IMG/VR virus record: IMGVR_UViG_3300035694_000001
Coordinates: 1 to 64,000 of that record
Reading direction: 5' to 3' (one strand)
From: a virus
DNA: 64,000 nt
The notes below the pieces were generated by a model, which saw only the letters and a program-made list of their open reading frames with translations, searched no databases and had not been told where the DNA came from. The translations under genes were made by a program, and so were the position numbers. This document shows, one piece after another, positions 28,274 to 37,125 of the stretch. Every line of letters begins with the position of its first letter. Within the stretch, counting starts at the first letter, position 1.

Positions 28274-29074
28274 ATGCCAGTCACTCCTACGCCTACAGGT
28301 CTTTTGCAGACAATAGCCGCTATGCAGCGTCAACTCGCTGAAATAACCCGCAACGCTGGCCGACCTACCGACCAGATGCGAGACAATAATGATAATGTTG
28401 TGCACATGGTGCCGGGCACCTCTTATCCGGTTTTAGGTGCCCGGAATCAGGATGTGTCGGTTGTCCTCGCTAATGGTGCAGCAGCCATCGGTGACGGTCA
28501 GGGACGAGACCCTCGCCCTATCACAGCATCAACATTCTACGGACCGGTTCAGGGCGATACAACGGGAGTGCATCACGGGGATGTAGGTACGTCTACCGAG
28601 GCTCATCATCATTATGGCGACGTCACAGGTAATACTTTCGGATTTCACTATGGACCGGTAGGCGATGGCGTCACGCAATACCAAATTAACGCACTAAATG
28701 TGTTCTCAACAGGATTTTTCGGCAACGTCGGCACACCAGGCCAAAACTGGCAGCTGTGCGGCACGGTTATTGCTCCCTCGGAACGTCGGCTTAAAGAGGA
28801 TTTTCGAGAATTCTCTGCTGGTGAGCTGGTAGACGCGGTGCCTTCTTACCGCTGGCGGTGGCGTCGTCGGCTCAAAGATGACGAACATGAGCATGCCGGC
28901 CCGATGATCGATGACTTGGCCAAGCACGCTCCTTGGTTAGTGCGGGGCTCCGACACGCGCGGGTATGCCGTACAAGATCTCCTCGGTGTCTTGTGGGCGG
29001 CTCTCCGAGAGGAAAGAGGCAAGACGGCCGAGTTAGAGCGTCGAGTTTCTCAGCTGGAGAAAATTGCCAATTAG
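28274..29074 (+). CDS. Tail fibre/spike with C-terminal S74 intramolecular chaperone
   Basis: Gly-rich GDVTG/GPVG repeats, then PSERRLKEDF...Y.W.W...H.GPM..DL...P.LV and a coiled coil. Confidence 0.8.
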   Translation: MPVTPTPTGLLQTIAAMQRQLAEITRNAGRPTDQMRDNNDNVVHMVPGTSYPVLGARNQDVSVVLANGAAAIGDGQGRDPRPITASTFYGPVQGDTTGVHHGDVGTSTEAHHHYGDVTGNTFGFHYGPVGDGVTQYQINALNVFSTGFFGNVGTPGQNWQLCGTVIAPSERRLKEDFREFSAGELVDAVPSYRWRWRRRLKDDEHEHAGPMIDDLAKHAPWLVRGSDTRGYAVQDLLGVLWAALREERGKTAELERRVSQLEKIAN

Positions 29075-29085
29075 GGGGCCGCCCC

Positions 29086-29340
29086 GTGGGGTTAAGCACT
29101 CTCCTTAATTTTTTCAGTAAGTACGGGCTAGCTGGGGTATTCATCGCGATACTGCTCTTTGCGGTGGGTGTGATGTACCTGCAGCTTATGCAGAATCTTA
29201 AAGATGCTAATGCCCGCGCGGATAGATTCGAGGCTGAGGTCAAGTCACTCAACGATGAGATACAAAAATACCTTGCACTTGGCATCGCTGCACGAACGGT
29301 CATGGGTGAGGCAGCTAACGAGATGAGAAAACTTCAATGA
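29086..29340 (+). CDS. Membrane protein (holin-like/lysis accessory)
   Basis: GTG start; one TM segment plus coiled coil; lysis region. Confidence 0.6.
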   Translation: MGLSTLLNFFSKYGLAGVFIAILLFAVGVMYLQLMQNLKDANARADRFEAEVKSLNDEIQKYLALGIAARTVMGEAANEMRKLQ

Positions 29341-29513
29341 CTATGCCGCCACAAGGAGAGTACAACGCAGGAATCCATGCTCAAGAGCAGACTATTGAGA
29401 TATCGCTGCAGACTCGGCGGAAACTAGCTGAGTTGATGGATCAAATAGACGAAACTGTCGCAGCTCTGCGCCTTGAGGTGGAGCAGGCGAAAATCCGTAG
29501 GGGTGAGATATGA
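29337..29513 (+). CDS. Small coiled-coil protein
   Basis: ATGA coupling at both ends; MTMPPQGEYNAG... Confidence 0.55.
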   Translation: MTMPPQGEYNAGIHAQEQTIEISLQTRRKLAELMDQIDETVAALRLEVEQAKIRRGEI

Positions 29514-29986
29514 CAGTGCCACAAGATCCGCATATTGCCCAGACTCCTGCCGCGATGAGTGATGTAGACAATGCTCTTGCTGCACGTATGGAGAGTCTGC
29601 GGAAAACGCTTGCCGAGTTGACACCTGAGGTCACTAAGCTGCAAAACGAGCAGAAGTCAACCTGGGCTTGGCTCAAAAGCGGGGCGGGGTTCATTGCCTT
29701 CGATATCATCATCACAGTAGCCGGAATCATTTACGGGTACAACTTGCACACAATCGAGCACCAGAATGATGCGCTTCTTAGCCAGTTGCAGGCTCAGCAG
29801 GCCCGGCTAGGAACGAGCATTCATGAGACGTGCAACCTCTACGGCACGTTCATCAATTTCTACAGTCCTGCCGCCGCTGCCAGATTCGCCAGTGGCCCAG
29901 CTCGGTACGACCAGCTCTATATCGTGCTGCAGCACAGCGCGGACAACTTGCAGTGCGGTATCAAGCACGTAGTTCCTGGGACGTGA
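29510..29986 (+). CDS. Membrane protein, lysis region
   Basis: Central TM segment flanked by coiled coils. Confidence 0.65.
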   Translation: MTVPQDPHIAQTPAAMSDVDNALAARMESLRKTLAELTPEVTKLQNEQKSTWAWLKSGAGFIAFDIIITVAGIIYGYNLHTIEHQNDALLSQLQAQQARLGTSIHETCNLYGTFINFYSPAAAARFASGPARYDQLYIVLQHSADNLQCGIKHVVPGT

Positions 29987-29993
29987 GGCGGTC

Positions 29994-30071
29994 ATGATTA
30001 AGAAGCTCATCAAATGGGTTGCCGAGTGGAAAATCATCAAGAAGCTGTTTGGGGGCTCTAAGGAGCAGTAA
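29994..30071 (+). CDS. 25-aa cationic amphipathic peptide
   Basis: MIKKLIKWVAEWKIIKKLFGGSKEQ; GAGGCGG RBS; TAATG coupling to the lysin. Confidence 0.6.
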   Translation: MIKKLIKWVAEWKIIKKLFGGSKEQ

Positions 30072-31120
30072 TGATTATTTTCGGGGCTGATGTGCACCCG
30101 GTTTTTCAGGCAGGTTTGCCTATCGAGGCCCTCCCCTCGGTGGGCATAGAATTTTTAAGTGTCAAAGTATCTCAGGGCACTAGCTCGGTGTACCTAGATC
30201 AGGGTGCTCTGGGGTTTCTCCAACGAGGAGTGGCGGCCGGCATGCTGTGCGTCGGCTACCACTGGTTAGAGCCTGGCAACGAGGGTGCTCAGGCCTCCGT
30301 ATTCGCTGCTGCACTTCAGCGAGCGGGTAACCTGCCCGGTGTGAGTGATGTAGAGGACATCACTCCGGCTCGTGTTCCTACTTTGAATATCAGCGGTATT
30401 CGGGCTTTCCACAATGCTTGTACGCAGCGAGGCGCGCGAGTGCCGTTCATGTACCTGCCTCATTGGTACTGGCAAGCCATTGGATCTCCTGATTTAACCG
30501 GGCTGCCCCAGCTTTGGGCATCGAGCTATCCGACCAACCGGACTGGTACCCCTCAGCAGCTCTACCCGCTGGTGGATGACGCGCGCTGGGCATCCTATGG
30601 CGGGCAGTCTGTTGGCCCCCTGCAGTTCGCCAGCAGTGGCATTCTGGCTGGCTATCAGCCTGTGGATGTCAACGCCTACCAAGGCAGTCGAGCACAGCTC
30701 GCTAAGGCCCTCGGCCTCCACACACGATATAAGGAGCGGCCTGAGATGATCAAGTTACCGAGCACGTCAACTCCTGCTGACCCGAAAACATCGCCACTAG
30801 CCTGGCCACAACGGAACTTCGATGTTCCATGGAATGTGGTAGGCGGCTGGGAAGGCGACGCGGCCTTCAGCTTCGGTGTTCAGGACTGGAATAGTGGCCG
30901 CTCAGATGCAGTACGTGGGCTCCTACTGCTGGCCAGCTGGATGATGCCGGGCGGCAAACTTATTCCAGTAGATCCTATTTTCACTGTTTCCGGCGGAGGC
31001 CAGGCACTCACCGCGCACACCCTCACCAAGGAGTACCCGGCGCCGGCTGGCTGCGTCGGAGTCACGCTGAATTACGCGGCTCCGAATGAGGCCTATGTCG
31101 CTATCGGGCGTTCAGGCTAG
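30071..31120 (+). CDS. Endolysin, GH25 muramidase
   Basis: FGADV...FQ, VKVSQG, GYHWL, DVE, LWASSY, W..YGG....LQF.S, VDVNAYQG. Confidence 0.88.
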   Translation: MIIFGADVHPVFQAGLPIEALPSVGIEFLSVKVSQGTSSVYLDQGALGFLQRGVAAGMLCVGYHWLEPGNEGAQASVFAAALQRAGNLPGVSDVEDITPARVPTLNISGIRAFHNACTQRGARVPFMYLPHWYWQAIGSPDLTGLPQLWASSYPTNRTGTPQQLYPLVDDARWASYGGQSVGPLQFASSGILAGYQPVDVNAYQGSRAQLAKALGLHTRYKERPEMIKLPSTSTPADPKTSPLAWPQRNFDVPWNVVGGWEGDAAFSFGVQDWNSGRSDAVRGLLLLASWMMPGGKLIPVDPIFTVSGGGQALTAHTLTKEYPAPAGCVGVTLNYAAPNEAYVAIGRSG

Positions 31121-31126
31121 GCCGGC

Positions 31127-31525
31127 GTGCGGCTCCCTCGGCTGCTGCACAACGTGCTGCTCACGGGGCACATCATCGCAGCGGCCGGCTGGTTTGCGTT
31201 GGTAGCGGTGCAGCTCGTGGCGCCGAGGGACGATGTCAGGATCTACCTGGTCCCCTCGGCCGCTACAGCGTTGGCTACTGGGCTTGTGCTCGCTCTGGCC
31301 AGTCAGATAGGTCTAGGCCGGCACTGGTGGGTGCTGGCCAAGCTCCTGGGCTCTGCGCTCGTGGGCGGTCTTGGCGTGGCCTCGCTGGCGGGATACCAGA
31401 TCCCAGATGCCGCCTATGGCGGGCTGCTGGGCCTCTGGGCCCTCGTGTGGCTCTCCGTCGCGCGGCCCTGGGGCAAGACCCCTTATGGACGGGAGATGGC
31501 GCGTCGTGGCCGGCATGGAAGGTAG
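31127..31525 (+). CDS. Membrane protein (DUF2269-like)
   Basis: LLTGHII...GW...GLGRHWWVLAKL...LSVARPWG. Confidence 0.65.
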   Translation: MRLPRLLHNVLLTGHIIAAAGWFALVAVQLVAPRDDVRIYLVPSAATALATGLVLALASQIGLGRHWWVLAKLLGSALVGGLGVASLAGYQIPDAAYGGLLGLWALVWLSVARPWGKTPYGREMARRGRHGR

Positions 31526-31882
31526 GGGTCCGGGGCGAGGATGATCAAAGAAGCAGCCAACCAGCCACGAGAAGTCTCACCTTCTCTGCTGCCCTCACCC
31601 CGGCTCTTAGGGACTACCCCTCCCGTATCTCTGGCTGTTGAGCCCTACCTGCTGTGTATTCTAGCCGATCTCTACTCCGCCTTCTGGGTTCTGCACACAC
31701 TTACCTCCTTCTCTCGTCGGAAGTTTTAATGCAGGCAAGGCGCTCTTGCGGATCTGAGTGCGAACGCCATGTACCGCCGCACTCAGACTGATCATGATCA
31801 CTTGGTGCGTCTGCATATGCATCAAGATCTTCTTGATCAGTTTTCCCAAATAACCCTCCGAACATTTTATACCGCCTCCTTT

Positions 31883-32074
31883 CTAGGAAATATTTTTGTT
31901 TACTGCCATTTCTCGTTTTTCGATTCGGTCGCACGTAGCGCACATTCGCACTTTATCCGCGCCGAGGTTGCATGGCCACCAATCTCCCATATTGTCATGA
32001 AGGCACCAGTGTCCGTGCGTCATCAGATAACGCAGGGCCCGCATCATATTCTCAATTGCTAATCTGACTGTCAT
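31883..32074 (-). CDS. Small Cys/His protein
   Basis: ATGA coupling with the PadR gene. Confidence 0.5.
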   Translation of the reverse strand: MTVRLAIENMMRALRYLMTHGHWCLHDNMGDWWPCNLGADKVRMCATCDRIEKREMAVNKNIS

Positions 32075-32391
32075 TTAGGGTTCTTCTCTCCTGGTGGTCG
32101 TAATTGGTTACTTACCTCGGATAAAATGTGCCGCGCGGTCTGCCGTCCCTCGGCAGTGAGTTGGTAGTACGAGCGAACGGGGCGCCCGGCTGTGGCCGGA
32201 TCGATAGCTTCTCGCTCACAAACTACCCAACCGTTTTCTTCGAGCCTTCGCAACAAGGGGTAGAGAACCCCAGTGTGTTGACCGACAGTTCGCATTAACT
32301 CAAATCCGTACCGTGGCGCACAGTCGTTGTCCAGCAGAGCCCGCAGCACTTTGAGGGTCTGCAGGCTCAGCCGGGCATCTTTGTCGATCAT
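32071..32391 (-). CDS. PadR-family transcriptional regulator
   Basis: YGFELMR....TGVLYPLLRRLEENGWV...GRPVRSYYQLTAEG. Confidence 0.92.
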   Translation of the reverse strand: MIDKDARLSLQTLKVLRALLDNDCAPRYGFELMRTVGQHTGVLYPLLRRLEENGWVVCEREAIDPATAGRPVRSYYQLTAEGRQTARHILSEVSNQLRPPGEKNPK

Positions 32392-32909
32392 GAGGCTAGC
32401 TGCTTCAACGCACGGCGCTCAGCCTCGGTCGTGCCTCCGGCGATCCCGGATGTGAGACCCGTGCTGCAGGCCCAGCTCAGGCACTCGGCCTTCACAGGGC
32501 ACCGCCGGCAGATAGCTTTAGCCCGCTGCAGCTGTCCTGCCTCGGCCGCAGTGAACACGTCGCCTAGCGGGAAGAAGATCTCAGGGTCTGCGTCACGGCA
32601 CGCGGCGCGGTGCCGCCAATCCTTCGTTACCATCGTGTTCACCTTCTTTCGGGCTCGACATATTGGACAGTTCTTGGCTTTCCCTCGCTGCTTGAAGGCC
32701 CGTTCCCGATAGCGGTCACCCTCCCAGGTTCGAGCGAGCTTCCACGTGATGCCCTCGGCCGCCACCACTTCCAGCAGCCTGGCCCCTCGACCCTTCGCGT
32801 GTGCGGCTAGCCGGGCTTCGAGATTTGTAGTAAATCCGAGATAATGCTTGGCATGCTTGTAAGGTTTACTAAAATGCAATAAATAAATGATGCCGGTTAA
32901 ATTACGCAT
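32388..32909 (-). CDS. whiB: GIY-YIG-like nuclease fused in frame to a WhiB-family regulator (WhiB part 32388-32633)
   Basis: IYLLHF..PYKHAKHYLGFT.NLEARL..H..G.GARL; then WRHRAACR..DPEIFFP...AKAICRRCPVKAECL...GIAGGTTEAER. Confidence 0.85.
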   Translation of the reverse strand: MRNLTGIIYLLHFSKPYKHAKHYLGFTTNLEARLAAHAKGRGARLLEVVAAEGITWKLARTWEGDRYRERAFKQRGKAKNCPICRARKKVNTMVTKDWRHRAACRDADPEIFFPLGDVFTAAEAGQLQRAKAICRRCPVKAECLSWACSTGLTSGIAGGTTEAERRALKQLAS

Positions 32910-32911
32910 TT

Positions 32912-33376
32912 CTAAACCCCATTTATCCGCGCGAATGGCCCCCATGTAGCTAAAACAAACACATCATAGGCTCTCGCCGCTATTACAGGATCTTTGAACA
33001 CCCCAATGTGAACATTTTTACCGTTCACTTTAGCTTGAGACTTCCAACCCATGCGGAACGGATATACACCACGATATGTGTTTGTATGGTTACGGTTGAC
33101 ACTATTTTGACTTCGCGAAGCACATCTAAGATTATGCCGCTGGTTATTTAAGCCGTCGCCATCTTCATGGTCTACTTCTTCTGGTGGTTCGCCCATTAAC
33201 TGTCGGTGCATGTAGAGTGTTTTACGACGCCCGTCTTCTTGAGTTATCCATCGTGCGGCATACGCGCCGTGTCCGCAGCTGCGTGGTACGTACGTCCAAC
33301 GGTGCCGGGATAGTTCAGGTAAATCTTCTTCGTCTACCTGCACCACATGACCTGCTGATATGGCTAATTCAGTCAT
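32912..33376 (-). CDS. HNH-AP2 homing endonuclease
   Basis: LYMHRQLM...VDHEDGDGLNNQRHNLR; YRGV...W......GK..HIG.F.....AARAYD. Confidence 0.9.
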   Translation of the reverse strand: MTELAISAGHVVQVDEEDLPELSRHRWTYVPRSCGHGAYAARWITQEDGRRKTLYMHRQLMGEPPEEVDHEDGDGLNNQRHNLRCASRSQNSVNRNHTNTYRGVYPFRMGWKSQAKVNGKNVHIGVFKDPVIAARAYDVFVLATWGPFARINGV

Positions 33377-33451
33377 AATCACTCGTCCTCGATTCCATGC
33401 CACTAGACTATCTAGGTTCCTAGCATCCGTCAACCCTTTTAAGGAGGCCCA

Positions 33452-34465
33452 GTGCCTGCGACCCCCCGCCGTCACGTGGAAAATCTGATTGTGCCGGGTA
33501 TGCGCCTCGGCCGCCGGCCGCATGACCCTGACCGGCCAACCTTGAAGTTATCTCGGCTCTTGACCGGTGTGACGCCGGCACACCCAGCCACGGTGGATCA
33601 CTTCAGCCTCGTACCAGTGCAGAGCTGGGGTGTGTTGGGTAATGATCAGTACGGAGATTGCGGGCCCGCTGATGTCGTGCACGATCGGATGCTAGTTTCC
33701 AAGTACTTGGGGAACGTCAGTTCTACCCTTGGCACGGCTGACGCCCTCGACCTCTACAAGCGGTCCGGCAACCCGAATTTTCCCGTCGATGATAACGGCG
33801 TGGTCATGGCCGACATGCTCAGCGAGGTCCACACAACCGGCGTCGGACCCCCTGATGCGAACAAGAACCGCACGCGGTGCGTCGCCTACGCCTCGGTCAA
33901 CGTGGCTGACCTCGATGAGGTCAGAGCCGCTATCGCTATCTTCGGCTCAGTCTCCACGGGCGCCGACCTCTCCCAGGCTCAGCAGGCTCAGACCACGGCC
34001 GGCGGCCCCTGGGACTATGACGGCAGCTCCCCTGATTGGGGCGGCCATGCCTTCCTCTCGGGCTTCTACACGGGCGACACGACGGCTGGCCGCCCGGACG
34101 TCGGAGGTTTGACGTGGGGATTCCCCATCGGCATCACTGACAAATTCTGGGCACAGCAGGCTCAGGAAGCTTGGGTAGTGATCTGGCCAGAGCATCTGGC
34201 AAATAAGTCTTTCCTCACCGGAGTTGACCAGACTTTCCTGGCCGCCGACTACAAAGACCTCACCGGCCGAGAGCTGCCCGTGAGCCCGATCCCTCTGCCT
34301 ACTCCTGGCCCGGCGCCTGCTGCCGCCGTGGTCACCTCGGCTGAGCTAGCAGCCAACCAGCAGCTCGCCACCATGGCACATGCCTTCATCCGGTACGCAC
34401 ACAGCGGCCTCGCCGGGCAGATGGCTGATGAGCTGGCTCGGTGGCTTGGCGCCTGGGGGCTGTGA
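33452..34465 (+). CDS. Papain-like cysteine peptidase (possible second lysis or virion enzyme)
   Basis: LGNDQYGDCGPA (Cys), WGGHA (His), TWG; AAGGAGG RBS. Confidence 0.7.
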   Translation: MPATPRRHVENLIVPGMRLGRRPHDPDRPTLKLSRLLTGVTPAHPATVDHFSLVPVQSWGVLGNDQYGDCGPADVVHDRMLVSKYLGNVSSTLGTADALDLYKRSGNPNFPVDDNGVVMADMLSEVHTTGVGPPDANKNRTRCVAYASVNVADLDEVRAAIAIFGSVSTGADLSQAQQAQTTAGGPWDYDGSSPDWGGHAFLSGFYTGDTTAGRPDVGGLTWGFPIGITDKFWAQQAQEAWVVIWPEHLANKSFLTGVDQTFLAADYKDLTGRELPVSPIPLPTPGPAPAAAVVTSAELAANQQLATMAHAFIRYAHSGLAGQMADELARWLGAWGL

Positions 34466-34821
34466 TGACCGAGCCCAGGGCGATTTCCCTCGGATCACTG
34501 CTCAGTGACTTGGCAAACGTTCCCGCAAATGTCTCGGAAGTACTCCGAGATGTCAGAAAAATCCTACGAAATCAGGAGATACAAATGGCTCTTGCTGATG
34601 ACCAGCGTGCGGCCCTTGACGACCTCAAGGCCGAGGATGGCGTGATCGTGACGGCTCTGGATGACTTGGCCACCAAGGCATCGCAGACCGGCTCCGTCTC
34701 GGATGCTGACGTTCAGGCCGCGATTGATGGTATCCGGGGCGAGATCAACCGCGTGCACGCAGCCGTAGTCAAGGATGATCCGGGCGCTGTCCCCGCGCCG
34801 CCAGCTCCGGCAGGGCCGTAG
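34465..34821 (+). CDS. Coiled-coil protein (strong internal start at 34585)
   Basis: AGGAG before MALADDQ; ends PAPPAPAGP. Confidence 0.6.
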   Translation: MTEPRAISLGSLLSDLANVPANVSEVLRDVRKILRNQEIQMALADDQRAALDDLKAEDGVIVTALDDLATKASQTGSVSDADVQAAIDGIRGEINRVHAAVVKDDPGAVPAPPAPAGP

Positions 34822-34874
34822 GCAAAATCCGGGGGCTGAGCCAACGCGAAAGCCCAGCCCCCGGACTCCTTACC
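34798..34874 (+). repeat. Direct repeat copy 1 (gene end plus terminator hairpin)
   Basis: 41 bp identical to 36443-36483; hairpin CCGGGGGCTG...CAGCCCCCGG. Confidence 0.9.
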
Positions 34875-35040
34875 GCTCAGGGTCTCCTTCCTGCCACGAT
34901 GACAGCACTGTGATCTGCCTACCATGGCCTTTCAGGCTATGTGATCGCAAAGGTCGGCCATCGAACGCTGATCGGCCGTGTGGTGCGTCGTCCTCTCCGT
35001 TGTCATCTTTCTTGTCGGGAAGCAGCCCAAAGCACGCCAT
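34870..35040 (-). CDS. Small hypothetical protein (56 aa)
   Basis: AGGAGG RBS; MACFGLLPDKKDD... Confidence 0.5.
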   Translation of the reverse strand: MACFGLLPDKKDDNGEDDAPHGRSAFDGRPLRSHSLKGHGRQITVLSSWQEGDPER

Positions 35041-35067
35041 ACAACCTCCTAGTTGTCGAATAAAACG

Positions 35068-35128
35068 TAGGCCGCCTGGGACTCGAACCCAGAAAAGGCG
35101 GATGCTCTACCAATTGAGCTAACGGCCC
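35068..35128 (-). tRNA. tRNA-Lys(UUU)-like gene lacking the 3' anticodon strand and variable loop (pseudo-tRNA)
   Basis: GGGCCGT TA GCTC AATTGGTA GAGC A TCCGC CTTTT | CTGGG TTCGAGT CCCAG GCGGCCT A; acceptor, D and T arms intact. Confidence 0.8.
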
Positions 35129-35133
35129 TACTC

Positions 35134-35328
35134 TCAGCAGTGAACTTGCCAGTCGGATAGTTCTGCCCCTTCCGGCGAGATATCACCTCCTCCATCCGGG
35201 TCTTGCGCGATGAGTTCCATGAGCTTGGCTAGCTCAGCCACATCGCGAGTGTCTGCGTCTACAGGCACCTCAAAATCGTGATACGAGATCCACGTAGCGG
35301 TGACTCTGATCTTCTTGGTTTCTGGCAC
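35134..35328 (-). CDS. Hypothetical protein
   Basis: GGGAGG RBS. Confidence 0.55.
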   Translation of the reverse strand: MPETKKIRVTATWISYHDFEVPVDADTRDVAELAKLMELIAQDPDGGGDISPEGAELSDWQVHC

Positions 35329-35493
35329 TTAGCCTCCCTGCATGATGTTAACCACAATGGTCAAGCCGAGGGTGATAACGATAGCAGCTCCTAGCGTGAT
35401 GAACGCGGTCACGGCACCTGTAGTAATCACACCTCCTACTGTGACCGCAACGATTGCGGCCAGTAGAGTGAAGATGACAGGCATTGAAAGCTC

Positions 35494-36015
35494 CTAATTA
35501 TCGCTGTACGTACCGACTGGAAGGTGGGTACCTGTGGCGCGTTCGACCAAGTCGGCGAACGCAGATTCTCGTGAGCTAAACTCATAGTGCCCACTCATTA
35601 AATCCCAGTTAAGTACGCCAATCGGTGAATCGTCGCAACAGATTACGCAATGTGTGGAAAACCTGTCGGTGTTCATGTCTGCGCTGTGCTGTGTGATAGC
35701 GAACGCGCATGCGTATACACCTGAGCCGCCCGGCCTAAAGCTGATGACTTCAAGCACCTGAAAGTTATTGATCAGCGCGGGCACGCTAGTTCGGAACTGC
35801 GTCTCACTGCGTCGGTTGAAGCGCACCACGTCTGACATCGGAGCCTCCTCGATTTTTGGTAGCCGGGGGCTGTGGTATCTAATACACCAGTCCTCAGCTT
35901 CTACATCTCCGCCTGGGTGTGGCCGCTCGCAGTACATTTGCTGACCCATGATGGCTTCTTTCAAAGAATAGGTTGGGGAGGTTGAGTGCCTCCCCAGACG
36001 ACTTATTTGGGGCAA
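35494..36015 (-). CDS. Hypothetical protein (start uncertain)
   Basis: ORF in the leftward operon. Confidence 0.5.
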   Translation of the reverse strand: MPQISRLGRHSTSPTYSLKEAIMGQQMYCERPHPGGDVEAEDWCIRYHSPRLPKIEEAPMSDVVRFNRRSETQFRTSVPALINNFQVLEVISFRPGGSGVYACAFAITQHSADMNTDRFSTHCVICCDDSPIGVLNWDLMSGHYEFSSRESAFADLVERATGTHLPVGTYSDN

Positions 36016-36290
36016 GGCAAATCAGGGTCGGGCACCTGATTGCCGGGCACTACCGAACGGCCGCAGCGGAAACAAGTTGCCTCCGGCTCAGCGTTGATAG
36101 CCTCTAGCGCACTTTCCAGAGTGGAGAACGGTGATCCGGGCACAGCCCCAGTGGGCATGCCGTCAGTGACCCGCTCGACCACGTACAAACCCCAAACCTC
36201 AACGAGTTTGCAGCTACGGATGAAGGCGAACCGTGAACTACCGCCAACGCTCTTGTTCCACTTGATGGCGTTGCGAGTCTTGGCAGACAT
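36003..36290 (-). CDS. Hypothetical protein
   Basis: GGGAGG RBS; first gene after the promoter at 36336-36376. Confidence 0.6.
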   Translation of the reverse strand: MSAKTRNAIKWNKSVGGSSRFAFIRSCKLVEVWGLYVVERVTDGMPTGAVPGSPFSTLESALEAINAEPEATCFRCGRSVVPGNQVPDPDLPCPK

Positions 36291-36335
36291 GGTGACCTCC
36301 CGGTCTGGGGAAGCCCCGGCGGGGCCTCTGTAACT

Positions 36336-36376
36336 GGTATATCGGATCCTAGCATCCTAGTGTTACACCTGACAAG
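36336..36376 (-). promoter_or_regulatory. SigA/HrdB-type leftward promoter TTGTCA-18-TAGGAT
   Basis: Minus strand TTGTCAGGTGTAACACTAGGATGCTAGGATCCGATATACC. Confidence 0.75.
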
Positions 36377-36388
36377 CAGGAGGCCTAG

Positions 36389-36466
36389 ATGTCTGAGCAC
36401 GGCCAGCACGAGAAGCTAGAAGCAGTCGTGTCCGCACCAGCACCGCCAGCTCCGGCAGGGCCGTAG
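36389..36466 (+). pseudogene. 25-aa chimeric mini-ORF (holin-like N-terminus plus end of the 34465-34821 gene)
   Basis: MSEHGQHEKLE resembles holin MTDHGQHEKVE; ends PAPPAPAGP; AGGAGG RBS. Confidence 0.7.
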
Positions 36467-36520
36467 GCAAAATCCGGGGGCTGGGCTTTCGCGTTGGCCC
36501 AGCCCCCGGGCTTTCTTACC
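36443..36520 (+). repeat. Direct repeat copy 2; terminator with inverted loop
   Basis: Loop GGGCTTTCGCGTTGGC is the reverse complement of the copy-1 loop GCCAACGCGAAAGCCC. Confidence 0.9.
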
Positions 36521-36744
36521 TAGTTCCCAGAATCTGTTACTGCTCCACGGGTGCCGTGAATTACTAGCGGGTCGCGTGCATCAATCTCGCTACCTGAGAT
36601 AACTCGCCAGTCGAGCCAAGGCTGTGCGTTAGCTAGCTCTCGGACAGCCTCAAACGCGCTATCTCGATTAACAGTACCTCGAATGCGTCGCTCCCAGGGC
36701 GTACATACATTCGGGTTACGTGACTGCACGTAGTACCTGGCCAT
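36520..36744 (-). CDS. Hypothetical protein
   Basis: AGGAGAG RBS; own promoter. Confidence 0.65.
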   Translation of the reverse strand: MARYYVQSRNPNVCTPWERRIRGTVNRDSAFEAVRELANAQPWLDWRVISGSEIDARDPLVIHGTRGAVTDSGN

Positions 36745-36787
36745 AACGCTCTCCTAGATTCTGATGGTCTGTGCTGCTCTCGTACCC

Positions 36788-36827
36788 GGTATATCGGATC
36801 CTAGCATCCAAACGTTACACACGTCAA
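36788..36827 (-). promoter_or_regulatory. Leftward promoter TTGACG-18-TAGGAT
   Basis: Minus strand TTGACGTGTGTAACGTTTGGATGCTAGGATCCGATATACC. Confidence 0.75.
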
Positions 36828-36837
36828 GGAGACCTCG

Positions 36838-37125
36838 GTGACCGATCATGGCCAGCATGAGAAGGTAGAGGTTTCTGGGTCGCCGGCAGCTGGAGGTAAC
36901 CCATACACCAAGGCTTGGGCCATCGGCACCGCTGACCGCGCGTTGAAGAGCTTTGCCGCCACGCTGATAGTCCTGCTCGGAGGGGGTACAACGGCCCTCA
37001 ACATCGACTGGCAGGCTGCCCTGGGCTCGGCGGCAGGGGCTACGCTGCTTTCCCTCCTCTTTTCGGCTGCTTCGGCGCCGCTCGGCGAGTCAGGCACCAC
37101 GTCTTTGCTGCCTGGTGGCCGGTAA
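36838..37125 (+). CDS. Holin (r1t-like)
   Basis: W...TADRALKSFAATL...IDWQAALG.A.GATLLSLL.S.AS. Confidence 0.85.
   Translation: MTDHGQHEKVEVSGSPAAGGNPYTKAWAIGTADRALKSFAATLIVLLGGGTTALNIDWQAALGSAAGATLLSLLFSAASAPLGESGTTSLLPGGR

Noticed and set aside
22226-29074. Diversity-generating retroelement or invertible tail-fibre system
   Set aside because: No reverse transcriptase, TR/VR pair or invertase seen.
35068-35128. attP/attB site at the tRNA-like sequence
   Set aside because: No integrase or duplicated tRNA 3' end in the window, and both flanks are phage-like.
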